From the NCBI GenBank assembly GCA_937625935.1, contig OW569346.1, forward strand, positions 623,803-687,802: a stretch of 64,000 bases of DNA, read 5' to 3'. Each line of letters opens with the position of its first letter. Positions within the stretch are counted from its first letter, which is position 1. Of this stretch, positions 1 through 11,600 are shown one piece after another. The position numbers were made by a program, and so were the translations under genes. The stretch is from Tetramitus jugosus. Its lineage: Eukaryota; Protista; Heterolobosea. The notes under the pieces were generated by a model. The model had not been told where the DNA came from. It made no database searches and saw only the letters and a list, made by a program, of their open reading frames with translations.

Positions 1-1569
1 GTCTGACTCTAAACAGAGCAAACAGCGTGACAAATGCTATAATCACGACCCAAATAAGAGCTACAATTTGCAACAGAGGTCTAAATTGAGACATGCTTCG
101 AAGCATCAGTGAGATCACAGATAAATCTATCTGTTTTTTCACAACAGAGAGAAATAGTGGTGTAAACTCACTGTACAAGATGATCAAAGAAATTGGGACA
201 AACAAAAGTGCAAATATTCTGAGCGCGATACCTCGAATATAAGCATAGTACAGCCACTCTGGAAAGTTCAAAAGATTTGCTAGCCAACCAACTCTGCTCT
301 TTCGGACTGAGGAAACAATTCGTCTCTCGTTCTTTGATCGAACAGATTTGATCACATCTTCCAAAAAGAATGCTTTCGTTTGTAAATACTTCCATTGATA
401 GTTAATCCGGTGATAATCGCTGACAGCGTTGATGACTGTTTTGTGAAGTGCAACCAACTTTTTCTTGCTCATATCTTCAATTGACACCGTGTCTTTGGAG
501 CGACTACTATCAATACTACCAATATTATTCTCCTCCATTTCCTTCTCCCAGTGTTTGACAATTCGATCGACATCACGTCTCATTCTATGATTTTCAGGCG
601 TGTTCATATCAAGTTGTCTCACTTGACCCAACTTGCGCTTCATTTTGTCCTCTGCCTCAGACTCATCAAAATACAAACGAGCAGCCTTGCTCTCATAATC
701 AGCCAAATTTCCGTTCAGGTTGGCCTGACGCCACATGTAGCGAGGGAACTCAACAATTCCATAGCCCAACAACAGAATGAGCAACAAGAGACCATACGCA
801 TTACTCAAACTTTGTCCAACACCCAATATCATATTAAAATTCAACACAATCTGATCAGCGTTGGTAGCATTGTATCTCAGTATATAAATCACGAGTCCAA
901 CCAATGCTATACCTCCGACGACTGCCATAATTGCATACAGAACAATATTCTCAATAATCGATGCCAATAACTTCCTGTGCAGTTGAAATTCAGCAGAGAA
1001 CGCAAACGATTGACTCACAGGGATCACGATCCAAGCCAACACCTGTATCGTCCAATACATGATCTGCCATAGAATAATCATGTACCTGTCAGGTTCATTC
1101 TTTGCTCCATCGGGTAGTTTTCTCTTTGAATACAAGCCCTATATGGGGAAAATAATCGCACAAACGTTTGGAAAATCATGTGAATAACCAATGAATGAGA
1201 ATGCTGTGTTAGAACTACTTTTACAAACAAGACACGTCAACAATAAACAATAAACAATAAACAGCAACAGCAACAAAACGCACATACAGCAGCTAGGTCA
1301 ATCGTAATAAGTGCCAATGAAGAAAACAGAGTCAAATACGTGAGAAACATTGTGATATAGACTCCCCAGTGAAGCTTTGACTCCTTTGCAAAGTATCTCA
1401 GAACCGCAAAAACAATAAAAATAGTTGCTACAAAGTAGAGCACAATGGTAACAATGTCATAAATCATCATATTATTTTTGCTGCTGTTGCTGCTGTTCAG
1501 TGCATAGGATGTCATTGCACTCATCCAATCCCAGGTAGGTAGTGATGATGATGATGATGGTGATGACAT
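1..1569 (-). CDS. LMBRD2: LMBR1-domain membrane protein (LMBRD2-like), 3' end runs off window
   Basis: Exon 1 (1569-1288) and an intron 1287-1139 (GTATGT...TAG) splice to ...DLAA/GLYSKRK...ILWQIMYWTIQVLAWIVIPVSQSF, which matches the LMBRD2 TM3 signature LWxxxYWTxQxLxW; multiple hydrophobic helices. Confidence 0.8.
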
Positions 1570-1790
1570 GATGGAAGAATTGTGCAGTCTGGCAAAATGT
1601 CGGATTCACGTACGGGATGAATGAGAAGATGATTTGTGTTTGTTGTTGATTGTTTCTTTTGTTTGTTCCGAGTCTTTTTTTGAGAACACATGGAACAAGA
1701 AAACTTTTTATGTTTTTTCTAAGTGAGGAAGGAGATCCTGTAGTTGCCCTTGCTGTTGAGGACGTTCTCTTTGTTTCCCGAAGTATATGA

Positions 1791-3257
1791 TCAATCCGGT
1801 TGTGATTCTCTTGCTTTGTACAGTTCATGCTTGTGTACTTGGAGGGAGAATTCCCACAGATCTCCGTACCTCTTTGTCTGACCAGCTCCCCCATAAATGT
1901 AAGTTTTGGTCAACTTTTGGAGTAGAAGTTCTGCTGGAAGTAATTCATTATCATCCCTTTCTGTATCCTGCAAGTCGTGTTTGTTGTCCCTGTCTCTCCC
2001 TTTGGGAGACAACATCCTCCTTGAATGAACGAGCTCACTCAACCTCTCTCGATCACCTTCTTGGTGACTCTTGCTTGAAACATGACTGTAGTGATCAGAA
2101 CATAGCATGTGCTTCCATCTATTTGATGGGATCGTGTGTAAGTTTGTCCAGTTTTTCGATATCTCGGTCCATGCGTTTCTCTGCAGGTCAAGCATCCATA
2201 TGGCAGAGTTGAGCATGTTTTCTCGCCGTCCACCATAAATAATTACAAAACGACCCCAGACCGAGCTCTGATGACCGTAAAGGGATCTTTTCGAATTACT
2301 CTTTGAATCGAATGGAGATGGACCTGTCGTCTTAATTTCGGTCCAACTCATCACCTTTGTATCGAAACTCCAAACATCCGCAGTAGAAGTATCATCTTTG
2401 CCTATTCCTCCCACTATGATCATGGATTCCTCCACCATGCACGCAGAGTGTAACATTCGAGGTTTGGGAGAAGGAAAAACAGTGCGTAGGCTCATCCATC
2501 TATTTTCTAATTTGGAGTAAATAGTTACATCTCCCAAGATCTGGTAGTCCTCACCCTCTCCTCCATAGATAATTAATTGGTCGCTTGAGGTAACTGCAGA
2601 ACAATACCAGCGACTCGAAGGAGCGGAACCAAATGGGCTCAACATTTTCCACTGAGGAATGGGATCGGGTCTGAAGACCCATAGATCATTGTAGTACACC
2701 ACTTCTTCTACATTGTGTCCTCCAAACATGAACATTTCGTTTCCATTCATTGTGACAGCAATGTGGCCACAACGCTTTGGAGGAAGGACACACCTGGTTG
2801 CAGAGTTGTAACCTGTACCTGAGAAAGAAGGAGGGGACTGGGACCCGTAATTTCTCAACCCATCGAATTCGACTTTCTTCCAGTGTTGTATTCCCAGCTC
2901 GTAAATCCAAGTCTCATTCGTTGTCCCGCTGTCTGTAACTCCACCGAATAAACACAATCTTCTCTTTCCAGGAAAACAGACCAAGGAACCTGAGGCCACT
3001 GCAGGAGGATAGGTTCTGCTGTTCTGCTTGTTGTTACCATTTTCGGCAATAGGCCTTTGAAATGATGTTGATGGGGAATTGAACGATCTGCGTTGGTTCG
3101 AGAGATGAGAAGTGTGATTCAGCAACGGACGAGCTTGGAAGGATGAAGACTCGTGCAAACACTTCCATTCGAGCTCACATTCAGAAAAGTCACTCTCAAG
3201 TTCATCTAGAGCAATATCTGCCCAAGCATGATTGCGAGATGGTGTTGTGTTGTTCAT
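1791..3257 (-). CDS. Kelch-repeat beta-propeller protein
   Basis: Repeated LFGG/IYGG/IVGG motifs with downstream (N/D)xW and PxxRxxH spacing (PPKRCGH, PSSRWYC, PKPRMLH). Confidence 0.85.
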   Translation of the reverse strand: MNNTTPSRNHAWADIALDELESDFSECELEWKCLHESSSFQARPLLNHTSHLSNQRRSFNSPSTSFQRPIAENGNNKQNSRTYPPAVASGSLVCFPGKRRLCLFGGVTDSGTTNETWIYELGIQHWKKVEFDGLRNYGSQSPPSFSGTGYNSATRCVLPPKRCGHIAVTMNGNEMFMFGGHNVEEVVYYNDLWVFRPDPIPQWKMLSPFGSAPSSRWYCSAVTSSDQLIIYGGEGEDYQILGDVTIYSKLENRWMSLRTVFPSPKPRMLHSACMVEESMIIVGGIGKDDTSTADVWSFDTKVMSWTEIKTTGPSPFDSKSNSKRSLYGHQSSVWGRFVIIYGGRRENMLNSAIWMLDLQRNAWTEISKNWTNLHTIPSNRWKHMLCSDHYSHVSSKSHQEGDRERLSELVHSRRMLSPKGRDRDNKHDLQDTERDDNELLPAELLLQKLTKTYIYGGAGQTKRYGDLWEFSLQVHKHELYKARESQPD

Positions 3258-3305
3258 CGATGAAAAGGTGTGTGCTGTAAAGTTTTTTATTCGATTTCAA
3301 GAAGC

Positions 3306-5333
3306 TTATTCGTCGTCGCTCTCTTCTTGTTCTTCGTCGTGGTCGTCCTCTTCGTCGTCGTCCATTGCCTCTCCATTCTCTGCGCCTTCTTCATCGTCCT
3401 CATAGTCATCTTCATAGTCGTCCTCATTCACGTCATCACCATCCTTACCCAACAGCTCCTTCTCCCGATGTTGAAGTGCTTTTTCGAGTTCAATGTCATC
3501 ATCGCTCATCTCATCTGGATCCTGATCTGCAGTGTCGAAGATGCCTCTGCTGTCCTGATAGGCGGAACCGTCCTTCTTATCTTCTTCTTCCTGTTGTTGC
3601 TCCTCATCAATCACATCGAATTCGTCTTCATCTTCGTCAATCTTTCCCTTGTGATATCGTTCTATGAACTGATTCATGTCATCTTCTTCGTCACTCTCGT
3701 AAACAGTGTCTTGCTTGACCTTCTTTGAGCTGGTTCGTTCAGCGTCATTCACTGCAGCCACACCGCTCAACTCGAGAACTAAATCCAATCTTCCACTCAA
3801 GTCTAGCAAGGAGTTCAATGAGTCAATCTTTGCATCCAAGATATTGTAAAGAGGGCTGGCAATCTCGAGTATATCCCTTCTTCCCATGAAGAATGTTGCC
3901 TTGACAGTAAATATGGTTTGAATCCACTTAAGCAGTGTAGCACAGCTCTTGGCACTGTAGGCACGTGATGCATACATTCGGATGGTATTATCGAGGAATG
4001 CAATACATAAATAATTAGGAATTTGCTTCACAGTCTTTGTAATAAGGTCTTGATTGTCCACTTCAACAATCTTTTCGAGATTGGCAACATTTCCTCTCTC
4101 CAATGCTCGTATTAACGCACCACTGATTTGAATTTGAGGCACAGCTCCATTGATATCAATTGTTTCTTGAGTTTCGTTTTCTGATTGATCAGCGACTTGA
4201 TCAGCCTTCGTGTCATCCTCAATGTTCAACAAACGGTATTTTGCACCTGGTAGAGCTTGATTAGAGCGACCCAGAATAGCAGTTTGACCCTTCTTGGCAC
4301 CACTTGTTGCGGACCCGTTGATTCCGTTGCTGATTGCGGACACAACAGGCTCAAAAGTGAATTTTGAGGCCAGTGTGTTGGCTTGATCCTGATAAGACAA
4401 TTCATAAATGACTTGATTCTTGACACCGCGGATACGAGAGCCAAAAATGCCCACAGACTCCAAATCAAAGTCAATGTTGGCGGATGAGACCTCAGTAGCA
4501 GATTTGACACCATTTGAAAGATCAAATCGAACAAAGAAACATTTTTGAGACACCATATTCACAATAATATCCAAAAAGTTTCTATTGAGTTGACAACCAA
4601 TCGATTGTGCTTGAGAGCTCAATGATATCGCTAAAAATGGAAACAAAAACAAGAGTGTGTCAATGTACATGATGCATATTTGGATGATAATGACATCGTA
4701 TTTGAAACAAGGAAATAAGCAACAACAATTTTGAGATGACATACATTTTGTGTGACCATTCAAATCACCAATGTTCAATGTCCGTCCAGCAGTAACGACA
4801 ATACCACTGTCTCCCCACACCAACTTCTCTCCTGGAATGTTGACTTGAGCCTTCTCTTCCAAACGACCGGAAAGAATCATGACATGAGAAACTTCAGCCA
4901 CATAGACTTCATCACTGTTTGTGCTCTCATAGAATCCATTGCAGACATACTTTTCGGACATTAATTTGTAATTGGTCATGCTGTATATTTTGTTCTTTGT
5001 GGTTGCAAAGTTTTTGGTAATGTGTGTAATTGGTTCCTCTGTCAGTTTCTTCGTCTGTTGTAAAAGTCCATCTTCTGAAAATTTGAAAACTTCTCCATTG
5101 TTCAAACCGACGAGCAAGTGCAACAATCCCTTTGTAATTTTTGTTTGTGACTTGTTGTGGGTAATTTGTTGAACAAATCTCATTGTACTTATACTGGTGT
5201 TCACTTTGTATGGGATACGAACATCGCTCAATTTGACTCCTGTGGAGCCTTGTATAATTTTAACCTCATTTTTCCTTTCGCTACTGATGAGAGCAATGAG
5301 GGAACCATCTTGAGTGAAGCAATACTTTGACAT
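3306..5333 (-). CDS. UTP5: U3 snoRNP/SSU processome subunit UTP5/WDR43-like (WD40 + Utp12 domain + acidic tail)
   Basis: Likely start MSKYCF at 5333; in-frame intron 4744-4631; Utp12/Dip2 C-terminal domain (LIRAL...ITKTVKQIP...LLKWIQTIF...LLDLSGRLDLVL) followed by a D/E-rich tail. Confidence 0.75.
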   Translation of the reverse strand: MSKYCFTQDGSLIALISSERKNEVKIIQGSTGVKLSDVRIPYKVNTSISTMRFVQQITHNKSQTKITKGLLHLLVGLNNGEVFKFSEDGLLQQTKKLTEEPITHITKNFATTKNKIYSMTNYKLMSEKYVCNGFYESTNSDEVYVAEVSHVMILSGRLEEKAQVNIPGEKLVWGDSGIVVTAGRTLNIGDLNGHTKCMSSQNCCCLFPCFKYDVIIIQICIMYIDTLLFLFPFLAISLSSQAQSIGCQLNRNFLDIIVNMVSQKCFFVRFDLSNGVKSATEVSSANIDFDLESVGIFGSRIRGVKNQVIYELSYQDQANTLASKFTFEPVVSAISNGINGSATSGAKKGQTAILGRSNQALPGAKYRLLNIEDDTKADQVADQSENETQETIDINGAVPQIQISGALIRALERGNVANLEKIVEVDNQDLITKTVKQIPNYLCIAFLDNTIRMYASRAYSAKSCATLLKWIQTIFTVKATFFMGRRDILEIASPLYNILDAKIDSLNSLLDLSGRLDLVLELSGVAAVNDAERTSSKKVKQDTVYESDEEDDMNQFIERYHKGKIDEDEDEFDVIDEEQQQEEEDKKDGSAYQDSRGIFDTADQDPDEMSDDDIELEKALQHREKELLGKDGDDVNEDDYEDDYEDDEEGAENGEAMDDDEEDDHDEEQEESDDE

Positions 5334-5636
5334 GACAGGAAAAAAGTTCGTGTGTTGTTTGTGCTGTTGTTGCTGCTGCGTTGTGCGACCTGTTTGTTTT
5401 GTGTGAAAATCGAGTTTTTCTTTTTCGGAGACACGGACGTACGTCAACAAATTCGTTGAGCCTTCAATGGAGCCAGGCGGCGGAATATTCTGTGATGAGA
5501 ACTTGACTGGTGGTCTGCTTCAAGTTCAAAATAGCTTGGGAAGTTGTTCAGTTCTCTGAGAGAGACACTTTATCCTGCAAAAACACAAAAGCACCAACAT
5601 CGATTGTTGTTCATTTGTATCAAAACTCACACACAG

Positions 5637-8600
5637 ATGGAAACTATTGATCTAAACAACTTTTTTTCTCCAGTTGTTGGCATCAGGTTGAAGAATGCTC
5701 ATCATTCTCACGCTGAGCTTCAGAGCATGAGAAATGAGCTCTTGGAACAAGTCAGACAACAAGTGGAGAACAATGAAATTGTGGAGGAGGAGGAAATGAG
5801 TGTAGAACCCACTGCTCCCACAGAACCTCCACCAAAAGAAAGCAACAAGTCAGACCAACAAGATAATGAAGATGACGAAGATGATGACATGTTTGGTATT
5901 AATTTTTTTATTGATGTACGTGTATCAATGTAGTATTATTGCTTTATTTGATTTTGGGGAACAACCGTTATGCACAATGAAGATTGTTGTTTTGTTTGAT
6001 GATATCCTTTGGAAGCTAAACGTCAATTTCATTACGATTGTTCGATATTTTTATGTGTGTGTTCAATAATAGGACGACGAGGATATTGTGCCAAGGAGCG
6101 CACGATCAAAGAAGCAATCAATCAATGAAGTTACTACAGTGAGACAGGTATGTTGTTCGTTGATCTGTATCTTATTTCTTAAGCTTTGTATCATTAAAGT
6201 CAGAAGATTGAACTCACCATCTCTCTCTTGTTCATGGAAACACGCACAGTTCCTACTGTTCTTGCTGTCATGTTTGAGAACAAAGAACAGTGATGACTCT
6301 GTACCAACTATTTGGTCGTTGCAAGACAATGAACTCATTTTGCAACATTTATGTAAATATTTGAGCCATGCACCTCTATTCTCTGAAGAACAACACATGT
6401 TTACTCTTCAGCTGCTCTCTGCCCTTGTCTCAAAGTTCTATTCTCAATCAATGATGGATAACGGTACGTTTTAATATTGTATATTGTGTTCCTTTTTTGC
6501 TTACTTTTTGTTCTTACATCATATTTGTTGTGACATATGCTTCATTCTGTGTTGATAGTTATTATCTGTGAAGATTCTGCTGGATTCAATCATGTAAAGT
6601 ACTCGATAGTTGTTATTTTGAGATATTGCTTGGCCAGGTTGCAAGCGACTGTTGTATCGACTCAGATTGCACAACAAGTACTATCTCTCCTATGTTTAAT
6701 TCATTCCGGTAGGGAAGATATAATCCAACTACCACCATCAGTGCCCAAATTTGGAATGGCTTTGAACTGTACCGTCAAAACAGAGGAGCCTTCTTCGTCT
6801 CAAAACTTGATTGATGAATTACTCTTGACGAGTTCTGTACATCAAGGTCCGTCGTTTTCGGCGGATTTTGAGAGTACATCCGATATATTTGTGAGTGTGA
6901 TTAGGGGGTATATGAATTCTCTCTTTGCTTCGACTCAAGTGACGCAATATATTCTGAATTTATTGAATAATTCTCAATCAAACGATGATGTAGTATCCAC
7001 CTTGCGTAGTGGACTTCGTTATCTATCTTTACCTGCCGTATCAGTCCCGCAAGCAGAGTACATACCTATCGTCTGCAAGCGATCTGTTGATTTTTATGTT
7101 GCTACTCTAAAGGAATCCAGCACGGACGCACTTAGAAATGAAGTGGTATGTACTAGTGCTAGATTTATGTGTCTTGAAAGTGATATACTGATAGTTGATT
7201 ATTTTATCAGGTGTTTGGATATTTAATAGCATTGATCCACAAGGTAAACGACAAAAATCAAGTGTTACAACAATTAAGCTACTTGGTGAGAAATCTATTG
7301 TGTTTGGAGAGCAGTGCTCTATGTGCTCGTGTGCACTTCGAAGATGTAGTGTTAAGTGTTAAAACGGCAATGTGTATTTTAACCGATTCGCTCCAATTGT
7401 CTCACACGAAAGCGCCCACATATCGAGTTGATGAACTCAGATCTGACCTATTGGACGTATTTTACCCATGTCACGCATGCAAAGAAATTTCAAATCTCCG
7501 TTCGAATGATGTGATAGATATGTCGAAATATGAAACCATCCGAGAGATCATGCTGATCCAAGAGGGCAAGGGCGTGCTTGTTAGTATAATGAGATTATGT
7601 AAGCATTTCGTTGAAGAACGTCCTTTGAGAGAATTGTACTTTATTGTGCATTATTTGGACATGATTATCTTTGGAGTCACATCGAATGATGAAATGATGA
7701 AGAAAAATATGACATCGTTTATTATCAACCATTTTGCCGAATTAAGTGAACTATTAGACATAATAGATGCCAAGAGTGACAACTTTCGACAGGGTTTCAA
7801 GAAGAGAATTAGTGAGATACAAACTGTATTCTCTGCATCATTGGAGTTGTGTGATAGTGTTTATACTTCGCTGATAGACACGGGTAGTGAGACTCCTATA
7901 TTCAAACAACACGTGAATCATTTTGTGTTTTGTTTGCTTGTGAGAACAATCCTGAAAAATTTACACCAACGGGCTGAGACTGATAATGGATCACACTGGA
8001 CTATTCAACGACTATGGAGTATTTATCATCAAACCATTTTATCAGGCATCCCTGTACAGACTAATACTGTCCTGATTCTATTATTCTTCTCGTATCGGAC
8101 AACATTGCTAGATCGACAAAATCTTCTCTCCAAATTCATTGAACTTGCTGTAGATAATCATGAAATTAACATTTCTTCTACTGCACAGTTGATATCTCTC
8201 TGTCACTACATGATTTGTCATATGGATGGACCGACGAGTGAGATGGCCTCCTTTATTCAAGACAACTTCTTTCTGAATCAAAGACGAGAGTGGTGTATTT
8301 CAGGAGATAACGCTACACCAGTGACTTTCACCAGTTGTAGGACTGCATCACCACACGCGAACACTATTATCCAGACACATGGCGAGAAATTGTTAGATTG
8401 CCTCTCGTCCTTGATATGTAAGCACAGTATTGACAAAGAGAACGATCAATTAATTGTTGCTGTCAACCTTTACCAAGTGCTCTTGAATTTACCAGGCATT
8501 AGTTGCAGCAACGAAGTGACTGGTCTAACATCATGCATTCGGATAGCATTACACATTTTTTCTCGTGAGGAAATGGATGTAAACTTACTCTTCACATTTA

Positions 8601-11600
8601 TGAAGGGTCTGGATCATGTTTTGAGTCAAGAATTATCTGACCAAAATCTGGGATTGCTGTGTTCGTCTTTCAGCAGGATGGCAAAGAGGGTGTTGAAACC
8701 AAATTCCGAGCCAGATCTGGTTAATGTTATTGTAACAAACCTTGGTAGATTAGTACTTGTCAGCATTGAGCATTGGGTTCAATATGTGACATCTTCTCTA
8801 CTCAGCTGTGAGTACACTGAAGTTCAACTTCGTGTTTTATCTCGAGTCATTAGGTCTGTGATGTCTACATCTCGAATTAAGGAGTGCGTTCAATCTATTC
8901 TAGGCACAACAACAAGTGCTCAGCTTTTGACATTGGACTCGGCTTGGATTGAAGAGAAATGTGCCACTTGCCAGCGCCAAACTGCAAGTGATGATCCGAT
9001 TGATCTAATTCACCGACACTGTATCAAATCAAGTGAATGCTCGGCTGATGATCAAAGAGTTGTTTCACTTGTGGAAAACTTGAGCAATCTCATTGATATG
9101 CTGGAGCACTGTGAGTCTATACCTGCACTCAGAAAAGAGGAATCCATTGTTGGTTCACTGCTCTTACTCGAATCATCCAATGTCTTTTCATTTATTTCAA
9201 CGAGGGCCAAGCAAGTTTTGGAAACAACGCTGGGCACAGAAGAGCATAACAAACGAGCATCTAATTACAAAATCCGGTCACTGGACCAAAACATTAGCGA
9301 TTGTATCTCCTCTCTTGCTGATAGGGATGCCCCATTTTTGAGCCGGGTTCTCTTTGTATTGTTGGATTGCATGCACTCCGAATTGATACCGAACAATATT
9401 GCTTCCGTTGTAGAATACATGCGTTGTCATAACAACTTGGAGAAATACCAGGAAGTTTTGCAGTCGTTCTTCAGCAGGGATGTGCAGCGCAAATGCATGA
9501 TTACCATAACTTCATTGCTCAACTCAAGTAGTGATTTAATTGGGCAGATTGTAAGGTGTATTCACAAGCATGACGAGTCCTCTCTATGGCTGAGTGCAAG
9601 ATTGTCACAGTCTGAACAGCAGGAGGATTTTGGGCAATTTACAACTTTTATGAGACTCCTATACTCTAACTATTCTGTGGAGTCTCCCGATTCAGACTCC
9701 TATGTTCACCTTTATACTTTACTGTGCCAACATTTTCATGAAATGGTGAGAAGTAACAGCAATGACGCAACGATTGAAGTGTTTAACTTGATTGTTCATA
9801 TATCAATCAGTCTACAACGTGAAGATCAGTTGGCTGACGATCTGAGCAAATTGGTCTGCGAACAAGTAGAGACATCTCAAAGAAATTTCTTGTTTTTATC
9901 TCTTGTGAACCAATTTCTATTGTCATCTCTCGATGAACATACTTCAGAAATTGCTGAACAGGTAAAACAGTGCACTCAATCTCTATGTGACAAAAAACAA
10001 GTTGTCGTTTCATTAGAGGAAGAGAAACTAAGGTATACCACAGGTATATTGAATGTTGACGATTGTGAAGATCAGGTGTTAGCTCCGGAATCGTTGAACG
10101 CGACTCTTACATTCCTACCTGCATCGGACATTTCCGGTGCTGTATCCAGTAGTCATCACCTATCGGAGACCAGCAAGAAGATGATTGACAACTTGCAATG
10201 CACTGCCATAGATCGTGAGCGTGTGAAGACAAGTACCCCCTCCCTTAAGCGCCTTATTTCGAGTGTTATGTCATTATCAAGCAAACTCCAGAGAGAATTA
10301 ATTGAACAGAGTGATTTCAACTCTCTCGACCAGTCAACCACAGAGCACTGGAGCTTGGAGAATATAACATCTGTGGGAGATGTACCAAAGAGTATAACAG
10401 AACTCAAAACTACATTGCCATCCAATTCATTTAAAACAGAAATGAACTTTGAAAGCCGGAGTGAGAAGTCTATCGCAAGTAGAGACAGCATACACTACCA
10501 ATTACTCTCAAGTAGTACCAAAGGGGATTTGGCAATTGGCGAGGACACAAATGTAGCAATGTTCAGGTTGGATTCGTTTTGTGATATGCAGTCGACTGAA
10601 TCACGTGCGAACATGAAGCAAGTCAGCTCTCTATCGGTACCCTTTAAGATTACTCACGTTCGATTTAACTCAGCAAATGGCAATTTCTTGGCTGTGGCTG
10701 GAATGTTCGATACACATGTGTTTGTGTTAGATGAAGAAAGGAAACCAACACAACAAATTCAAATCTATTTAGGATTTGATGACATGCCAAACGAAACTTA
10801 TCTAACCGATGTTTTGTGGCTTCCAGATTCACAAGTATTACTTGCTATCGTTACTAATCGATTTGTCAAAGTTTATGATTTATCAAGTGATACTTTCTGT
10901 CCTGTGTTCAACTTTGCTCCACAGGATGGAGAATTACTTGTCTCGACAACATTTGGTTTGACTGATGATGAACAACCGCTCCTCTTTGCGCTTACTGAAT
11001 CCGGACAATTGTACTATCAAGAATACATGGACTCTGGTGGCCCATGTACCTTTACTCAGTCAATAGACATTTCCACACTCAGTGGTGCTCAGGATAACAA
11101 GAAGGGAATGAGTGTTTACTATGATATGAACACTAAGCTGATATATTTTAGTTTTTCTGAAGGAAATACTGTCGCATGCACGATCAACACCAAGACAGCA
11201 CAGATCGTCAAATCGTTAATAATCAGCTCTCAAGGAGGTGAAAGCTCCTCAAAAGGTGAAGTTAACCAGCTGGCACCATTTTATCAATGGCAGAGCATAC
11301 CAGAGCTCCCTGGCCATGTAGTATGTCTGTCGAAAAAGGGGCAAACAGTTCTTTTCGCATTTTCAAAGGAGAAACTCTGGGTAGAAGTAATTGAGAATGT
11401 TTCCGTTGTTCATGGAATCACTGGAACGACTGTCACAAGACCTTCCTTTTGCTATGTATGTTTGGATGGCTCGCTAAATTGTTTCGAAATTTCCAACAAC
11501 TCGATCACACACAAGAGAGAAACAGAGACAAACATTGAGACAACTGAGCCTGTAGATGATGTTGATTTACTGTTGCGAGGATTCAGCTCTCTGAAAGCAT

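Noticed and set aside
3270-3728. Hydrophobic plus-strand ORFs
   Set aside because: Antisense shadows of the D/E-rich UTP5 tail.
5498-5527. 8-bp stem GAACTTGA/TCAAGTTC between UTP5 and UBR4
   Set aside because: Too short to distinguish from chance.
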